A stretch of DNA of 64,000 nt from an uncultured Planctomycetota bacterium (GCA_963845755.1 CAWJTV010000041.1:448001-512000); one strand, 5' to 3'; shown: positions 20,929 to 32,847, counted from the stretch's first letter. Program-made: numbers and translations. Notes: generated by a model from the sequence alone, not told the origin.

Positions 20929-22546
20929 TCAGAGCGACTTGAGGAGCTTGACGCCGTCGGGTACGCCCCAGCCCGATGCGGCATCGTAACCGGAACCGGC
21001 CTTATAGCCGATTCCGGGGTTCGGCTTGGTGATATTGTTCCCCGAGGTGATGTCGTTGAAGCCCGATTGACCTGGCAGGGCCCCGCTGGGGCCGGGCTGA
21101 TACAGGAGCTTGGTGAAGAATCGACCTTGCTTGGCGGCCGGGAGCTGGGCATTGATCCGGGCGATCAAAGCGGCCCAGAGAGGCGTTCGACGCGCTGGTG
21201 CCGCCGTTGGGGGCGTCCTGACCCTGGAAGATCAGGTCGTAGAACGGCGGCCCGGAGAGGGCGCTGACGTCGGGCAGGACGCGGCCATCGAAGCCTCCCG
21301 AGTTCACGGAGGGGACGTCCACATTCTGGAAGGACGCCCGGGGGAACTTGGTGCTCACGCCGCCGCCGGTGGCGCCGCCGCCGACATTGGGAATCCGCTC
21401 GCCGGGCGACTCCCACCAAACGATTTCCTTGGCCTGTGAGAGGGACGAGCCGGTGATCATCGTGCCGCCGACCGAGAGGACGTACGGGCTCGACGACGGG
21501 AACTCGACGTGGGCCTTGCCGTCCCTCTGGTCGCAGTCCGAGCCGTCGTCGCCCGAGGAGACGCAGACGGTGATCCCCATCACCGCGGCGGCGTTCAGCC
21601 GCTTGTTGATCTCGGTGAGTGCCGCCCCCGACCAGTCCGGGTCTTCCTCGGCGAGGCCGTAGCTCACCGAGAGCGTCACGGGCTTGAGCTGCATCACCTT
21701 GTTGAGCATCGCCACCCAGCCGTGTTCGTCGAAGGTCGCGAAGTAGACGTCGATCTTGGCACCGGAGCAAAGGCCGGCGACGATCTGGACGTCCATGTTC
21801 ACTTCGGTGGAATAACTGAGTTGCAGGTCCTGCTGATCCTGGGGCAAGGCGCCGATCTGAGCGAGGGTCAGCGACTGGAGGTTGACGGGGACGACCTGGA
21901 CGGTCGGTGTGGGAAGGCTGAATTTATCGCAATAGGCGGTCAGGTCATCGGCGAAATAGCCGCCGCCGAACTCGGCGATGGCGATCGTCTGGCCGCTGCC
22001 GTCGCCGGGCGGGAAGTTGTAGTGACTCGCCAGATCGGTGGGGGTGAGTGGCTCGATCGAAGTGCCGGCGAGGGCGGTCGCGCCTCGCTTGGCGACCCGT
22101 CGCTGGTCGAGGCCGAAGACGCCGGTGACGATCCCGGCCAGGTCGGCGGGGATCTGGAGCTCGTGCGTCCCCTCGCGGCCGCGGAACTCGCCCTGTGTCG
22201 GGTTGTGGTAGATCGCGAGGTTCGCCCCGAAGGCGGCCTCCATCTCCTTCACGGTCCCTTTGAACTTGATGCTGCTGGTGCCGAGCGAGACCTCCTCGGC
22301 CTTGAGCCCGTAGCCGCCGAGGACCTGCTCGACCTTGGCCGCGTCGGCCTGGCTCGCGCCGAACTTCGCCTGGAACTCCTCGTAGCTCATCCCGTTGTTC
22401 GGCAGATGGTCTGCGTCGGGGAGCGCCGGGCTGCGCAAGGTGACGGTCACGTGAACGGTGGCACCTGGGTCGGCGTCACGCCGGCGCGTCGTGGTCGGTT
22501 TGTGGGGTCGTCGCGTACCTCTGAGAGAGACGTGCTGATTCGCCAT
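20929..22546 (-). CDS. S53 family peptidase (sedolisin/kumamolisin-like); apparent frameshift near 21185
   Basis: Prodomain, EVNMD, SSGDDG, VGGT and GGTSA; FNDITSGNN..GYDAASGWG in the shifted frame. Confidence 0.92.
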
Positions 22547-23219
22547 CGGAGTCCTCCTCAATGAATCGAACGGAACCCTGAGAACGGGCCGCCCGCGGCG
22601 GCCTAGACCGATTGACCCCTCTTCCTTCCCGGAACCGTGCCGCCAAGGCGACGGTTCGTTTCGATGACATCGGGACGCGAGTTGACGCGATATCTGTTCT
22701 TGGCATCATCTACGTCGCCGGAACTGGTGTTCGACAAGAATCCAGATCAAGGATTCTCTCGGACGTGCATGCCGCAAAGCATCACTTTGCGACCTTCGCG
22801 TGGATCGGCTGGATAGGTCCCATGCCGGCCTCTCCCACGACCGGGCGCCGAGGAGATCCTCGATTGCCCTGCCGGCAGCGATGACCGCTTGCGTGCACTT
22901 CCGCCGGCCGGCTAGGGTCTGACGTCCCTCCGGGCCTTTCCGGAGAGCCTCTCGTTGTGTGCATACCATCGGTAAGGCGCACTAGACCCTTAATCAGGAA
23001 CTGAAGGACTTGCCCCGAAGAAAAATCGGGGAATCTCACGGAAATCCTTGTTTCAGATCAAGTCTCCTGTACCCGGCCGCTTCGAGCCAATGGCGTGGGG
23101 GCCGATGTGCCCGAGGGACGATCAGGGATCCTTTGGTCTTTCGTGTCGTCCGGATTGACGGCAGCAGGTTTTCCTGACGAACCGGCTGGTTCAGGCTGGA
23201 AAGCGTGACCGACTTTGTA

Positions 23220-26021
23220 TCAGTCTATCGGGCGCACGTCCCAGATCACGATCGAGGTATCCTGCAGCCCCGCGACGATCTGCTTGCCGTCGGGCGTGAA
23301 GCCGAGCGCGTCGATCCAGGCGCACGGCGCCTCGATCGTCTGGATTTCCTTCTTGTCCCGCAGCCGGAAGATGTGGATGATCCCGCGCGCCGGCGGATAA
23401 TACGAGGAGAACGTGCCGACGGCGATGAATTGCTCATCGGGAGAAAACGCCATGAGTTGAACGCGGGATTGGGGGATCTCGATCTCGCGGCGCACGTGGC
23501 CGGTCCGGGCGTCGAGCCAGACGATCGTGCTCGCAACGGTCGAGGGGTCCTGGCGGCTGTTCCCGTCGGCCAGCATGATCGGCTTGCCGGGGCTGAATCG
23601 GACGGTGGCCTTGCTCTGGCCATCCAACGAGAAGACGGACAGATCAGGCGGGACGAGCGGCAATGCCGCAGCGACAGCAGGGTCCACAGGCTTCTTCTGG
23701 TTCGGCTGGTCGATGAGGCGTTCCTTCCCGGTCGAGAGATCCCAGCCCAGGAGGGAGCCGTCACGCATCGTGACGATCGCGGAGGAGCCATCCCCGCCGA
23801 GGGTCACGTCCCGTAGGATCTCGCTCGCGACCGGCCAGGTATGAAGCCGCTCACCCGTTTTGAGGTTCCAGAGATGGACGTTCTTCGGGTAGGCCACGCC
23901 CGCGGCGAGGAACGACCCATCGGCGGAGACCGCGAGCGACCGGACCCAGCCGTCGTGGGCGAGGACTTTCGTCGGTCGGCCGGTCGCCAGGTCCCAGACC
24001 CGGACCGTTCGGTCGTCGCTGCCGGAGATGAGCGTCTTGCCGTCGGCGGGGAAGGCGAGGGCGTAGACGCCGCCCAGATGGGCCTCGGGAGTGGCCAGGC
24101 GGTCCTTGCCCGTCGCCAGGTCCCAATAGTGCAGGGCCTCTCGGCCGCCGGTGGTCGCGAGCGTCCTCCCATCCGGTGAGAACGCCATCGGGCTGTCGCT
24201 ACTGAACGTGCCCGCTAACAGGTCGAATTCCTTGCCGAAAGCGCCCAGCTCCATCCCGTTCCCGGCGGCGAAGAGCACCAGCGGGCGACCAGGCCCCGTC
24301 GCGGCGAGGAGCTTTCCGTCGGGCGAGAAAAGGACCTGGTACACGGACTGGCCCTTCGGACTCTGGAAGCGCCTGACCAGAGTCCCGTCGCTGACTCTCC
24401 AGAGCCGGATTTCCGCCTCGTCTGTTTTCATCCCCGCGGCCAGGGTCGATCCATCGGGCGAGAAGGCGAGACCTGTTGGAGGGTGCTCTCCCTCGATCGC
24501 GATCGTCCTCACATCGCGGAGTTGTGCCGCGTCCCAGAGGCGAATGACCCGGTCGGAGGCGATCGCCAGCAGGTGGCTCGCCGCCCGGGGCGAGAACGCG
24601 ATCGATGCGTGGTTCTGCCTGCCTCCCAGGCGTTCCTCGTACAAGAGTTTCGCGGTGGCGACGTCCCAGAGTCGGAAGGTGCCATCGTCGCTCTCGGTCG
24701 CGACCGTCTTGCCATCAGGGGAGTAGGCCAGCTCATCTTCCGCGGATCGCATGTCCCATTCGCCCCGGCGAATCGTGCGGCCCGTGGCGACTTCGATGAA
24801 GGTGAGTTGCCAGACCGCGAGGTTCCGCTTGGGAGCGAACCCGACTCCCTCGACGGCGATGAGCGTCCTATCGGGCGACAAGGCGAAGTCGTGAACTTGC
24901 TCCACTCCCGCGTCGATCTGGCGCAGCTTCCTCCCGTCTCGTGCATCCCAGACCTGGAGGAAATTCTCCTGGGTATCCGTCAAGACGAGCTGATCGTCCG
25001 GCGAATAGGCGATGTGGCCGATGTGCGGGAATTGGCGGAATCGGATGGTGCCCAGACGCATCGCCGCTCCGGGCGGCAAGGGGTCGCCGTAGCGATCGGT
25101 GCGCGGCGGCTGAGATGCGCCGGATATCCTGGCGACGGCCGGGCGGGGATCGGGTTGGCCAGATTCATGGGCCACCGTTGCGAGAGCATGCCAGGTCCAA
25201 TAGCTGCCCCCGAGGCCGAGGCATACCAGGACCGTCGTGAGTGTGAGCCGGTTCAGCAACATGGAATTCAGCACTCCCCGCGCGAGGACGGCGGCCGTGT
25301 TGCCTGCCATGAACCCCAGCGCGATGCGACTGGTCGAATGAATCAGCGTCACGGGTATGGCCACCTGGGCTTGACCGGCCGCACCGGCGACGAAGAGACC
25401 GGCCGGCACTGTCACGCCACGACGGGTCAGCCTCCGGCGCAACCGCTCGCGCGCCCGGGCCAGCCGGCCGCGGACCGCCGTCTCGGAGAGCCCGAGCTGA
25501 TGCGCGGCCGCGTCGTAGGTCAACCCTTGCAGGTAGCAGAGCACGATCGGCGCGCGAAGATGCTCGGGTAAACCGTTGACTTCCTCGTGGAGGAACTCCC
25601 AGTCGGGATCGCGCTCCGCCGGGAGATAAGATTCGGAGGCTTGCCCGGCGACGCGCTGGTTCAGCGCGTGCCGGCGCGCGGCGCTCCGCCGGGCGCGAGT
25701 GGCCACGCGCTGTGCGACTCCGAAGAGCCAGCTCGCGACCGATCCGCTCCGGCGGATCGACCCGGCCCGGTTGGCCAGGACGAGGAAGACCGCCTGGAAG
25801 GCATCCTCCGCGTCGTGGGCGTTGTGGAGGACGCTGCGGCAAACCCGAAGCACCATCGGGCCGTGCCGGATCACCAGCTCCTCGAACGCCGCCTCCGCGG
25901 CCTCATCGCGCCGGGAGACGACCTGGTCCAGGAGTTGCGGATCGGACATCGTACCGACCGCTCCCAGGTGAAACAGCCGGTGCACCTGCCGGAGCAGCCG
26001 ATCTGATGGGCTGATGGCCAT
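23220..26021 (-). CDS. ECF sigma factor fused to TM segment and WD40 repeats (planctomycete type)
   Basis: RHGPMV..VC, DAEDAFQAVFLVL, region-4 HTH, DRYGDPLPPGA.RLG linker, many WD repeats. Confidence 0.92.
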   Translation of the reverse strand: MAISPSDRLLRQVHRLFHLGAVGTMSDPQLLDQVVSRRDEAAEAAFEELVIRHGPMVLRVCRSVLHNAHDAEDAFQAVFLVLANRAGSIRRSGSVASWLFGVAQRVATRARRSAARRHALNQRVAGQASESYLPAERDPDWEFLHEEVNGLPEHLRAPIVLCYLQGLTYDAAAHQLGLSETAVRGRLARARERLRRRLTRRGVTVPAGLFVAGAAGQAQVAIPVTLIHSTSRIALGFMAGNTAAVLARGVLNSMLLNRLTLTTVLVCLGLGGSYWTWHALATVAHESGQPDPRPAVARISGASQPPRTDRYGDPLPPGAAMRLGTIRFRQFPHIGHIAYSPDDQLVLTDTQENFLQVWDARDGRKLRQIDAGVEQVHDFALSPDRTLIAVEGVGFAPKRNLAVWQLTFIEVATGRTIRRGEWDMRSAEDELAYSPDGKTVATESDDGTFRLWDVATAKLLYEERLGGRQNHASIAFSPRAASHLLAIASDRVIRLWDAAQLRDVRTIAIEGEHPPTGLAFSPDGSTLAAGMKTDEAEIRLWRVSDGTLVRRFQSPKGQSVYQVLFSPDGKLLAATGPGRPLVLFAAGNGMELGAFGKEFDLLAGTFSSDSPMAFSPDGRTLATTGGREALHYWDLATGKDRLATPEAHLGGVYALAFPADGKTLISGSDDRTVRVWDLATGRPTKVLAHDGWVRSLAVSADGSFLAAGVAYPKNVHLWNLKTGERLHTWPVASEILRDVTLGGDGSSAIVTMRDGSLLGWDLSTGKERLIDQPNQKKPVDPAVAAALPLVPPDLSVFSLDGQSKATVRFSPGKPIMLADGNSRQDPSTVASTIVWLDARTGHVRREIEIPQSRVQLMAFSPDEQFIAVGTFSSYYPPARGIIHIFRLRDKKEIQTIEAPCAWIDALGFTPDGKQIVAGLQDTSIVIWDVRPID

Positions 26022-26366
26022 TCGTTCCGACCTCCTCGGTTGGTGGTCTACTCAAAGTAGTACCCGCTCATCGGAGGCTCCTCACGGCGATTCTTCGGAA
26101 TCCAAGTTCTTTGCTCGAGTGTTCTATCGCCTTGCAGCCGCGGACTGACTCGATCAGGACAGGCGCGGGTCGGTCCTGGCTCGTCGGGTTCGAATTCCAG
26201 TCTTCCCGGTAGCGGTCATTCTCCCCGGCGCGGTCTTGAGAAGAACCACGGTGCCTACCGTTACCTTCGCCAGCCCCGTAAAAAACCGCGTTGGTTTCCG
26301 AACCGGCTCCTGCTATGATGATCGCTCTTGCGGGAGCGGGATGAAACGCTGGAAACGATCGAAACC

Positions 26367-28649
26367 ATGAAACGAAACAGCGAGATTCAGAAGATCGCGT
26401 TCGTCGGCGATTACCTGCCGAGGAAATGCGGCATCGCGACCTTCACCTACGACCTCTGCACGTCGATCGCCACCCAGTACCCCGGATCCGATTGCTTCGT
26501 CGTTCCGGTCAACGACCTGCCGCAAACCTACGACTATCCGGCGGAGGTGCGGTTCGAGATCGAGGAGCAGGAGGTCGATTCCTACCTGCGCGCGGCCGAC
26601 TTCCTCAATTTTGCCAACACCGATATCGTCAGCCTCCAGCACGAGTACGGCATCTTCGGCGGCCCGTCGGGCAGCCACGTCCTGCGGCTGTTGCGCGACC
26701 TGCGGACGCCGATTGTCACGACCCTCCACACGGTGCTGCGCGATCCCAATCCCGATCAGCATCGGGTGCTCTGCCAGGTCGCCGAGCTCTCGGCCCGGCT
26801 GATCGTGATGTCCGACCGCGCCCGCACGTTCCTCCGCGAGGTCTACAACGTCCCGGAAGCCAAGATCGACCTGATCGCCCACGGCATCCCCGACATGCCG
26901 TTCGTCAACCCCAACTTCTACAAGGATCAATTCGGGGTCGAGGGGAAGTTTGTCGCCCTGACGTTCGGGCTGCTGTCGCCCAACAAGGGGATCGAGCAGA
27001 TGCTCCGGGCGATGCCGGCGATCCTCAAGGAATTCCCCAACTTCGTCTACATCGTGCTGGGAGCCACCCATCCCAACTTGCTCCGCGAGCAAGGGGAGCG
27101 GTATCGGATCAGCCTGGAGCGGCTGGCCAAGGACCTGGGCATCAAGCCGAACGTGAGCTTCTACAACCGGTTCGTCGACATTAACGAGCTGATCGAGTTC
27201 ATCGGCATGGCGGACATCTATATCACGCCGTACCTGAACCCGGCGCAGATCACGTCGGGGACGCTGGCGTACTCGTTCGGCTGCGGCAAGGCGGTGATCT
27301 CGACGCCGTACTGGTACGCCGAGGAGCTGCTGGCCGAGGGCCGAGGAGTGCTGGTCCCCTTCGGCGATTCGGGAGCCCTGGCGCGCGAGGTCTGCGAGCT
27401 CTTGCGCGACGAGCCGCGGCGGCACGCCATGCGGAAGAAGGCGTACCTCCTGGGCCGGGAGATGATCTGGAGCCATGTGGCCCACCTCTACATGGGGTCG
27501 TATCACCGGGCGCGGCGGAGCCGGCTGGACGTGCCGTACAAGCCATTGGCCGTCCGGATGCTGGCCGAGCAGCCGATGGACCTGCCCGGCTGGCGATTCG
27601 ATCATCTGATCCGCATGAGCGACTCGGCGGGCCTGCTGCAGCACGCCAGCTCGGCGATCCCCAACTTCGGCGAAGGCTATTGCACCGACGACAACGCGCG
27701 GGCCCTGCTGTTGACCGTGCTCCTGGAGCAGCTCGGCCAGGTCCCGGCGCGAGATGCACCGGCTGGCGACCACGTACGCCGCGTTCCTGAATCACGCGTT
27801 CGACCGATCGCGCGGCCGGTTCCGCAACTTCCTGGGCTTCGACCGCCGATGGCTCGAGGAGGTCGGCTCCGAGGACTGCCACGGCCGGGCGCTCTGGGCG
27901 CTGGGGGCCTGCGTGGGCCGCTCGAAGCGCCGCGACCTGCAATTCTGGGCCTCCCAGATCTTCGACCTGGCGCTGCCGGCGATCACCGAGACGACCTCGC
28001 CCCGGGCCTGGGCCTTCGGCTTGATCGGCGTTTGCCTGTACCTTCAGCGGTTCTCCGGCGCCCGGCCGGCCAGCCAGGTGCGCGACGCGCTGACCGAGCG
28101 GCTGATCGAGCGCTTCGAAAAAGCGGCGACCGAATCCTGGTCCTGGTTCGAGGACGTCCTGGCGTATGACAACGCCAAGCTGCCGCATGCCCTGATCGCC
28201 AGTGCCCGATCGGGGGGGAGCCCCCAGGCCCTGAGCGTCGGACTCCCGCCCTGCGCTGGCTGGTCGATCAGCAGAAGTCCCAGAGCGGCTACCTTCGCCC
28301 GATCGGGTCCAACGGCTTCTATCGACGAGACGGCGACCGCGCCCAGTTCGACCAGCAGCCGATCGAGGCCCACGCGACCGTCTCGGCTTGCCTCGAGGCC
28401 TACCATGCCACCGAGGAGCCCGGCTGGCTCCAGGAGGCCCGGCTGGCGTTCGAATGGTTCCTCGGCGGCAACGACCTGGGGCTTGACATCTACGATGCCA
28501 AGACCGGTGGCTGCTGCGACGGGCTCCAGGAGGATCGCGTCAACCTGAACCAGGGGGCCGAGTCGACCCTCGCCTTCCTCCTGGCACTCGGGGAGATGAA
28601 GCTCGTCGAAAGCACGCCCGCCACGCTCCGCCAGTTGCAGGTGAACTGA
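26367..28649 (+). CDS. GT4 glycosyltransferase fused to C-terminal hydrolase-like helical domain; apparent frameshifts near 27750 and 28245
   Basis: PRKCGIATF, QHEYGIFGG, FGLLSPNKG, TSGTL, GYCTDDNARAL; ends NLNQGAEST. Confidence 0.87.
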
Positions 28650-28721
28650 ATTGGCCCGCCAACCTCATTCGAAAAACGCGTCCTATCCTTCTCTTGACAT
28701 CGAGGTCAGGAGGCAAAATCC

Positions 28722-30267
28722 ATGGAAGTGAACGGATCGACGACGACTACAGAGCCCGCGGCCCCCACGGCCCGGATGGTTTTCCCGGCCGGTACGGCCA
28801 GGGGCCGCGGCCGGCTGGATGTCCGGCGCACGGGCATCGTCCTGAAGCCCAGCAACGCCCGGGTCGTGATCCGGCCGTTCGAGCTGGCCAACGAGAACCG
28901 CGTCGAGCGGATCATCGCGCGACTCATGTCCCTCGCGGAGCCGGAGGTTGACTCCCTCATCGAGGGCGTGATGCGCGAGTTTTACAACCGGCACCAGAAG
29001 ACCCGCCATTTCTTCTTGCACCGGTTCGAGCAGGTTCGCCGTCATCTCCTGACGGACCAGCACCTGAGCGAGAACCGGCGAATGCTGATCGGCTCCTATT
29101 TCGCTCAGGAATATGCGCTGGAATCGGCGGCCTTGTTCAACCCGTCGATGGTCTGGCACCCGGACCAGTCGGGCTTGCCCGAGGGCTCGCGACGGTTCGT
29201 GCTGAGCCTCCGCGCCACCGGCGAGGGACACATCTCGTCGATCACGTTCCGGAGCGGGGCGGTCGACGCAGAGAGTCGCATCCGCATGGACGAGTCGACG
29301 CGGTTCGTCACGGCCCCCGAGATGGTCCCCAACACGCTTTTCGACAAGACGCTGTTCTACCGCAAGTTGATCGAGCTCGGCGTCGAAGGCCCGTTCACCG
29401 GCCAGGTCCTGGCCACGCTCAGCGACCAGTTCACGCTCGACGAGCTCCAGAACGCGGTCGCTCGGGGCCTGCACCAGAGCCGGCCGCGGCATCATCGAGC
29501 TCGAGCCGGTCTCCCGGGGGATGCTGACCCTCGCCAAGGCCAACTACGAGATCGGGTTTTCCCCCGATCAGCACATCTCCGAGCGGATCATCTTCCCCTC
29601 GTCGCCGACCGAGGTCAACGGCATCGAGGACGCCCGGTTCGTCCAGTTCATCGAGGACGACGGCTCGTTCCGGTATTACGCCACCTACACGGCCTTCGAC
29701 GGCAAGGTGGTCCTGCCCCAGATCCTCGAGACCGACGACTTCCTCCGGTTCAAGATCAGCACCCTGAACGGCCCCGAGGTCCGGAACAAGGGCTTCGCGC
29801 TGTTCCCGAGGAAGGTCCGGGGGCTCTACGCGATGCTCTCGCGGCAGGATAATGAGAACATCTACCTGATGTACTCGGATATGCTCCACTTCTGGTACAC
29901 CAAGGAGCTGATCGCCAAGCCGACTTACGCGTGGGAGTACGTGCAGCTCGGCAACTGCGGCTCGCCGATCGAGACCGAGGCGGGCTGGCTGGTGCTGACT
30001 CACGGCGTCGGTGCGATGCGCAAGTACGCCATGGGTGCGTTCTTGCTCGACCTCGACGACCCATCGCGGGTGATCGGCCGGCTGGACGTGCCGCTCCTGG
30101 AGCCCGATGCCAACGAACGCGAAGGCTACGTGCCCAACGTCGTCTACAGTTGCGGCGCCGTGCTCCACAACCGCGAGCTGATCATCCCTTATGCCATGTC
30201 GGACTACGCCAGTACCTTTGCCACGGTGTCGGTCGATCAGGTGCTGGAGGCGATGGTCCGGGAGTGA
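28722..30267 (+). CDS. GH130-family glycosidase/phosphorylase; apparent frameshift near 29490
   Basis: ALFNPS, NGIEDARF, YYATYTA, NKGFALFP, REGYVPNVVYSCG. Confidence 0.87.
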
Positions 30268-30323
30268 TCCGTCTTGATTCTCTTCGAGGGGAGGACGGGG
30301 ATCCCTGGGAGCATCGCCCTTCG

Positions 30324-30385
30324 GGCTCGACCCCAGCCACCCCCAAGTTTGGTGAGGCGGATCCCAAGGTGGCTGGGATCAAGCC
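30324..30385. repeat. REP-like inverted pair
   Basis: GGCTCGACCCCAGCCACC and GGTGGCTGGGATCAAGCC. Confidence 0.6.
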
Positions 30386-30478
30386 GGCTCTGGCGGCGCA
30401 GGTCGCAGTGAGCCCAGGCGGCGAAGTTTCTCACCGCAGAGGTCTCCCGGCTGCGCCGAATCCGGGTGGACGGTTACG

Positions 30479-30982
30479 TCAAACCTCCAGCTCCCTCTCG
30501 ACGCCGTCCGGGAAGCGGGCGCGAATCGAGAGCGACGCACCCATCGCTTCCACGACTCGGGCCAGAGTGCTGATCTTCAGATCACCCCGGCCTTCGATCC
30601 GGGAGATATTGGCCTGCCCGACGCCTGCTCGCTCGGCCAACTCCTCCTGAGAGATTCCCAGGTACTGGCGCAGCTCGGCCAGCCGGACGGCGCGAGGTGG
30701 CTCGGTCCGACCGCCCGAGAGGACCAGGCGCACGACGCGGTCGAACGCAGCCTTCGCATTGGGATAGAGCTCATCCGGCCCGAAACCGTAGTCGTCCGCT
30801 TCCGGCGTGGAGACCCCGAAACCCCGATCGGGCCGCCACTCGACAACCACGGGCCGAGCGTCGCCATCGCGACGAACGTCGAGGAACCATGAGCCCTGGA
30901 CGTCGGCCGGCTCGTCGATCGCGACGGCGAGACTGGGGAATCGCTTGGCCAGATCGTCCCGAAGTCGCTCGACTTGATTCAT
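30479..30982 (-). CDS. XRE/HigA-like HTH protein with uncharacterised N-terminal domain (putative antitoxin)
   Basis: LAELRQYLGISQEELAERAGVGQANISRIE..DLKISTL..VEAMG HTH in the C-terminal half. Confidence 0.82.
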   Translation of the reverse strand: MNQVERLRDDLAKRFPSLAVAIDEPADVQGSWFLDVRRDGDARPVVVEWRPDRGFGVSTPEADDYGFGPDELYPNAKAAFDRVVRLVLSGGRTEPPRAVRLAELRQYLGISQEELAERAGVGQANISRIEGRGDLKISTLARVVEAMGASLSIRARFPDGVERELEV

Positions 30983-30999
30983 GCTCGTACCCCTTTTCC

Positions 31000-31359
31000 T
31001 CAAACCGTCCGGCCGTCGGCCCCCGGCTTGGCGAGGATCGTCCGACCGGATAAGTCCCGGATCTCGATGGCCCCGTTGTCGCCGATCAGCGTGTTGTGAG
31101 CCTTGCTCGGAAACCGTTTCACATCGTTCCGCCCGGAGACGGACCATAGACTGTCCCACAGCGGAGGGTACATTCGACCGTCGTTCTGCCAGATGGCCGG
31201 GTCGAAGGGGATGGATGTCATCTCGTCCTCGACGGAATTGAGGATGTCGCTGAGCTACCGAAACGCCTCGTCGAAGGTGGAAGCGGCGGGCGCCATCTCG
31301 AGGCGCCGCAAAAACTCCGCGAATCGCTCGGCCCTGGTTGCGTTCGGGGGCTCATCCAT
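31000..31359 (-). pseudogene. Small putative toxin (DGRMYPP motif) interrupted by in-frame TAG
   Basis: MDEPP..EAFR*LSDILNSVEDE..DGRMYPP..HNTLIGDNGAIEI..KPGADGR; ends 18 bp before the HTH gene. Confidence 0.6.
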
Positions 31360-31605
31360 CACCAGTTTTCCACCGATTCGTCCACTCTGTCATTATTACT
31401 TCCGTGTAATGGTCAGTCAAGAAGCGATTCGCGGGTCAGGTCCTTCATCGCAATTCATCCGGAGACGGTCGCACGCATCTCGTCGCGGTCGAATCCCTCG
31501 GCCGACCGATCGTGTTGTCAGACTCTGGACTCATGAAACTTCCGATCCTCCGACTGTTGTGATAGAGTCTGGGTAAATCGTCACTGAGGTGCTCTGGAGG
31601 TTTCT

Positions 31606-32847
31606 ATGCGAAACTTCACGATGATCGGGATGTTGGTCCTTGCGGCCCTTCAGGGACCTGATGATCAACCAAAGGCGCCTGAGGAGCAGTATCGAGTCCT
31701 CAAACACGAGCATGACATCGCGTTCGAGGCTTTTGTCAAAGCCAATCGTGAGGCGAAGACTGAGGCCGAGTTCGCCAAACTGGATAAACTCCCCGGTCGC
31801 AATGCCAGGAACTTCGCGGGGGGCTTCATGGCCCTGGCCGGGAAATACCCCGGCACGGAGGCCGCCGAGGATGCCCTGATCTGGGTCGCGTCGCATGTGG
31901 CGTTCGGCCCGGAGACGGAGGAGGCCAAGCGGTTGTTGATCCGCGATCATATCCTCGGTACCAAGCTGGCGCCGGTCTTCGCGTTTCAGGAGCGGTACAC
32001 AGCCGGCTCGGAGGCAACCGAGCGCCTGCTCCGCGACGCTCTGGCCCGGAATCCGCATCGGGACGTCCAGGGCATGGCCTGCTACTGGCTCGCCCGTTAC
32101 CTCAAGGAGCGAGCCCAGTGGTCGCGCGAGGCGAAGCGGTCCAACGTCAACCCCTCATCATACGAACCCACTCACATCATCCGTCCGTTTCCCCTGGTCG
32201 TGGAGGGTTGGGGGGCCGACTACATCGATCGGCTTCGCCGGCTTGATCCGGCCGCACTCGATCGGGAAGCCGAGGCACTCTTCACGCGGGTCGCCGCCGA
32301 GTATGCCGATATTCCGAACAATGACAAAGACCAGCGCCCCCAGACGAGTACCCTGGGGACGGCCGCCCGCGCCGCCCTCCATGAAATGCGTCACCTGACC
32401 ATCGGTAAGCCGGCTCCGGAAATCGAGGGCAAGGACCTCGACGGCCGTTCGTTCCGATTGAGCGACTATCGAGGCAAGGTCGTCGTCCTCGACTTCGGCA
32501 GCCACTTCTTCTGCGGCTTCTGTCGGACGCTCTACCCCTCCGAACGGGAACTCGTCAAGCGGCTTCGAGACAAGCCTTTCGCGCTGGTCAGCATCAACGC
32601 GGAACCGTCCAAAGACCGCGCGGAGCTGAAGAAAGCCTGGGTGGACGCGGGAAACACCTGGCGATGCGTTTGGGACGGAGATTACGAGGGACCGATCAAC
32701 ACGGCCTGGGATATCCGGAGCTATCCCACGATCTACGTGCTGGATTACAACGGCGTGATCCGATATAAGAACATCTATGAAAAAGACCTGGATCAGGCCG
32801 TGAATCAGCTCTTGCTGGAGCTGGAAGCATCGAGGAAGTCGCGGTAG
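31606..32847 (+). CDS. TlpA-like thioredoxin/redoxin-domain protein with helical N-terminus
   Basis: GKPAPEIEGKDLDG..LSDYRGKVVVLDF..CGFC..YPTIYVLD; GGAGG RBS. Confidence 0.88.
   Translation: MRNFTMIGMLVLAALQGPDDQPKAPEEQYRVLKHEHDIAFEAFVKANREAKTEAEFAKLDKLPGRNARNFAGGFMALAGKYPGTEAAEDALIWVASHVAFGPETEEAKRLLIRDHILGTKLAPVFAFQERYTAGSEATERLLRDALARNPHRDVQGMACYWLARYLKERAQWSREAKRSNVNPSSYEPTHIIRPFPLVVEGWGADYIDRLRRLDPAALDREAEALFTRVAAEYADIPNNDKDQRPQTSTLGTAARAALHEMRHLTIGKPAPEIEGKDLDGRSFRLSDYRGKVVVLDFGSHFFCGFCRTLYPSERELVKRLRDKPFALVSINAEPSKDRAELKKAWVDAGNTWRCVWDGDYEGPINTAWDIRSYPTIYVLDYNGVIRYKNIYEKDLDQAVNQLLLELEASRKSR

Noticed and set aside
22560..23200. Possible ncRNA or small ORFs in long intergenic regions (also 13550-14200 and 55510-56150)
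   Set aside because: No recognisable tRNA, riboswitch or protein motif; cannot be supported without an Rfam or homology search
4865..31359. Stop-codon recoding suggested by in-frame stops in RAYT (TGA), methyltransferase (TAG) and toxin (TAG)
   Set aside because: Each is one transition from TGG or CAG in an accessory gene; TAG and TGA terminate core genes normally (dnaK and rbfA TAG, infB and nusA TGA)
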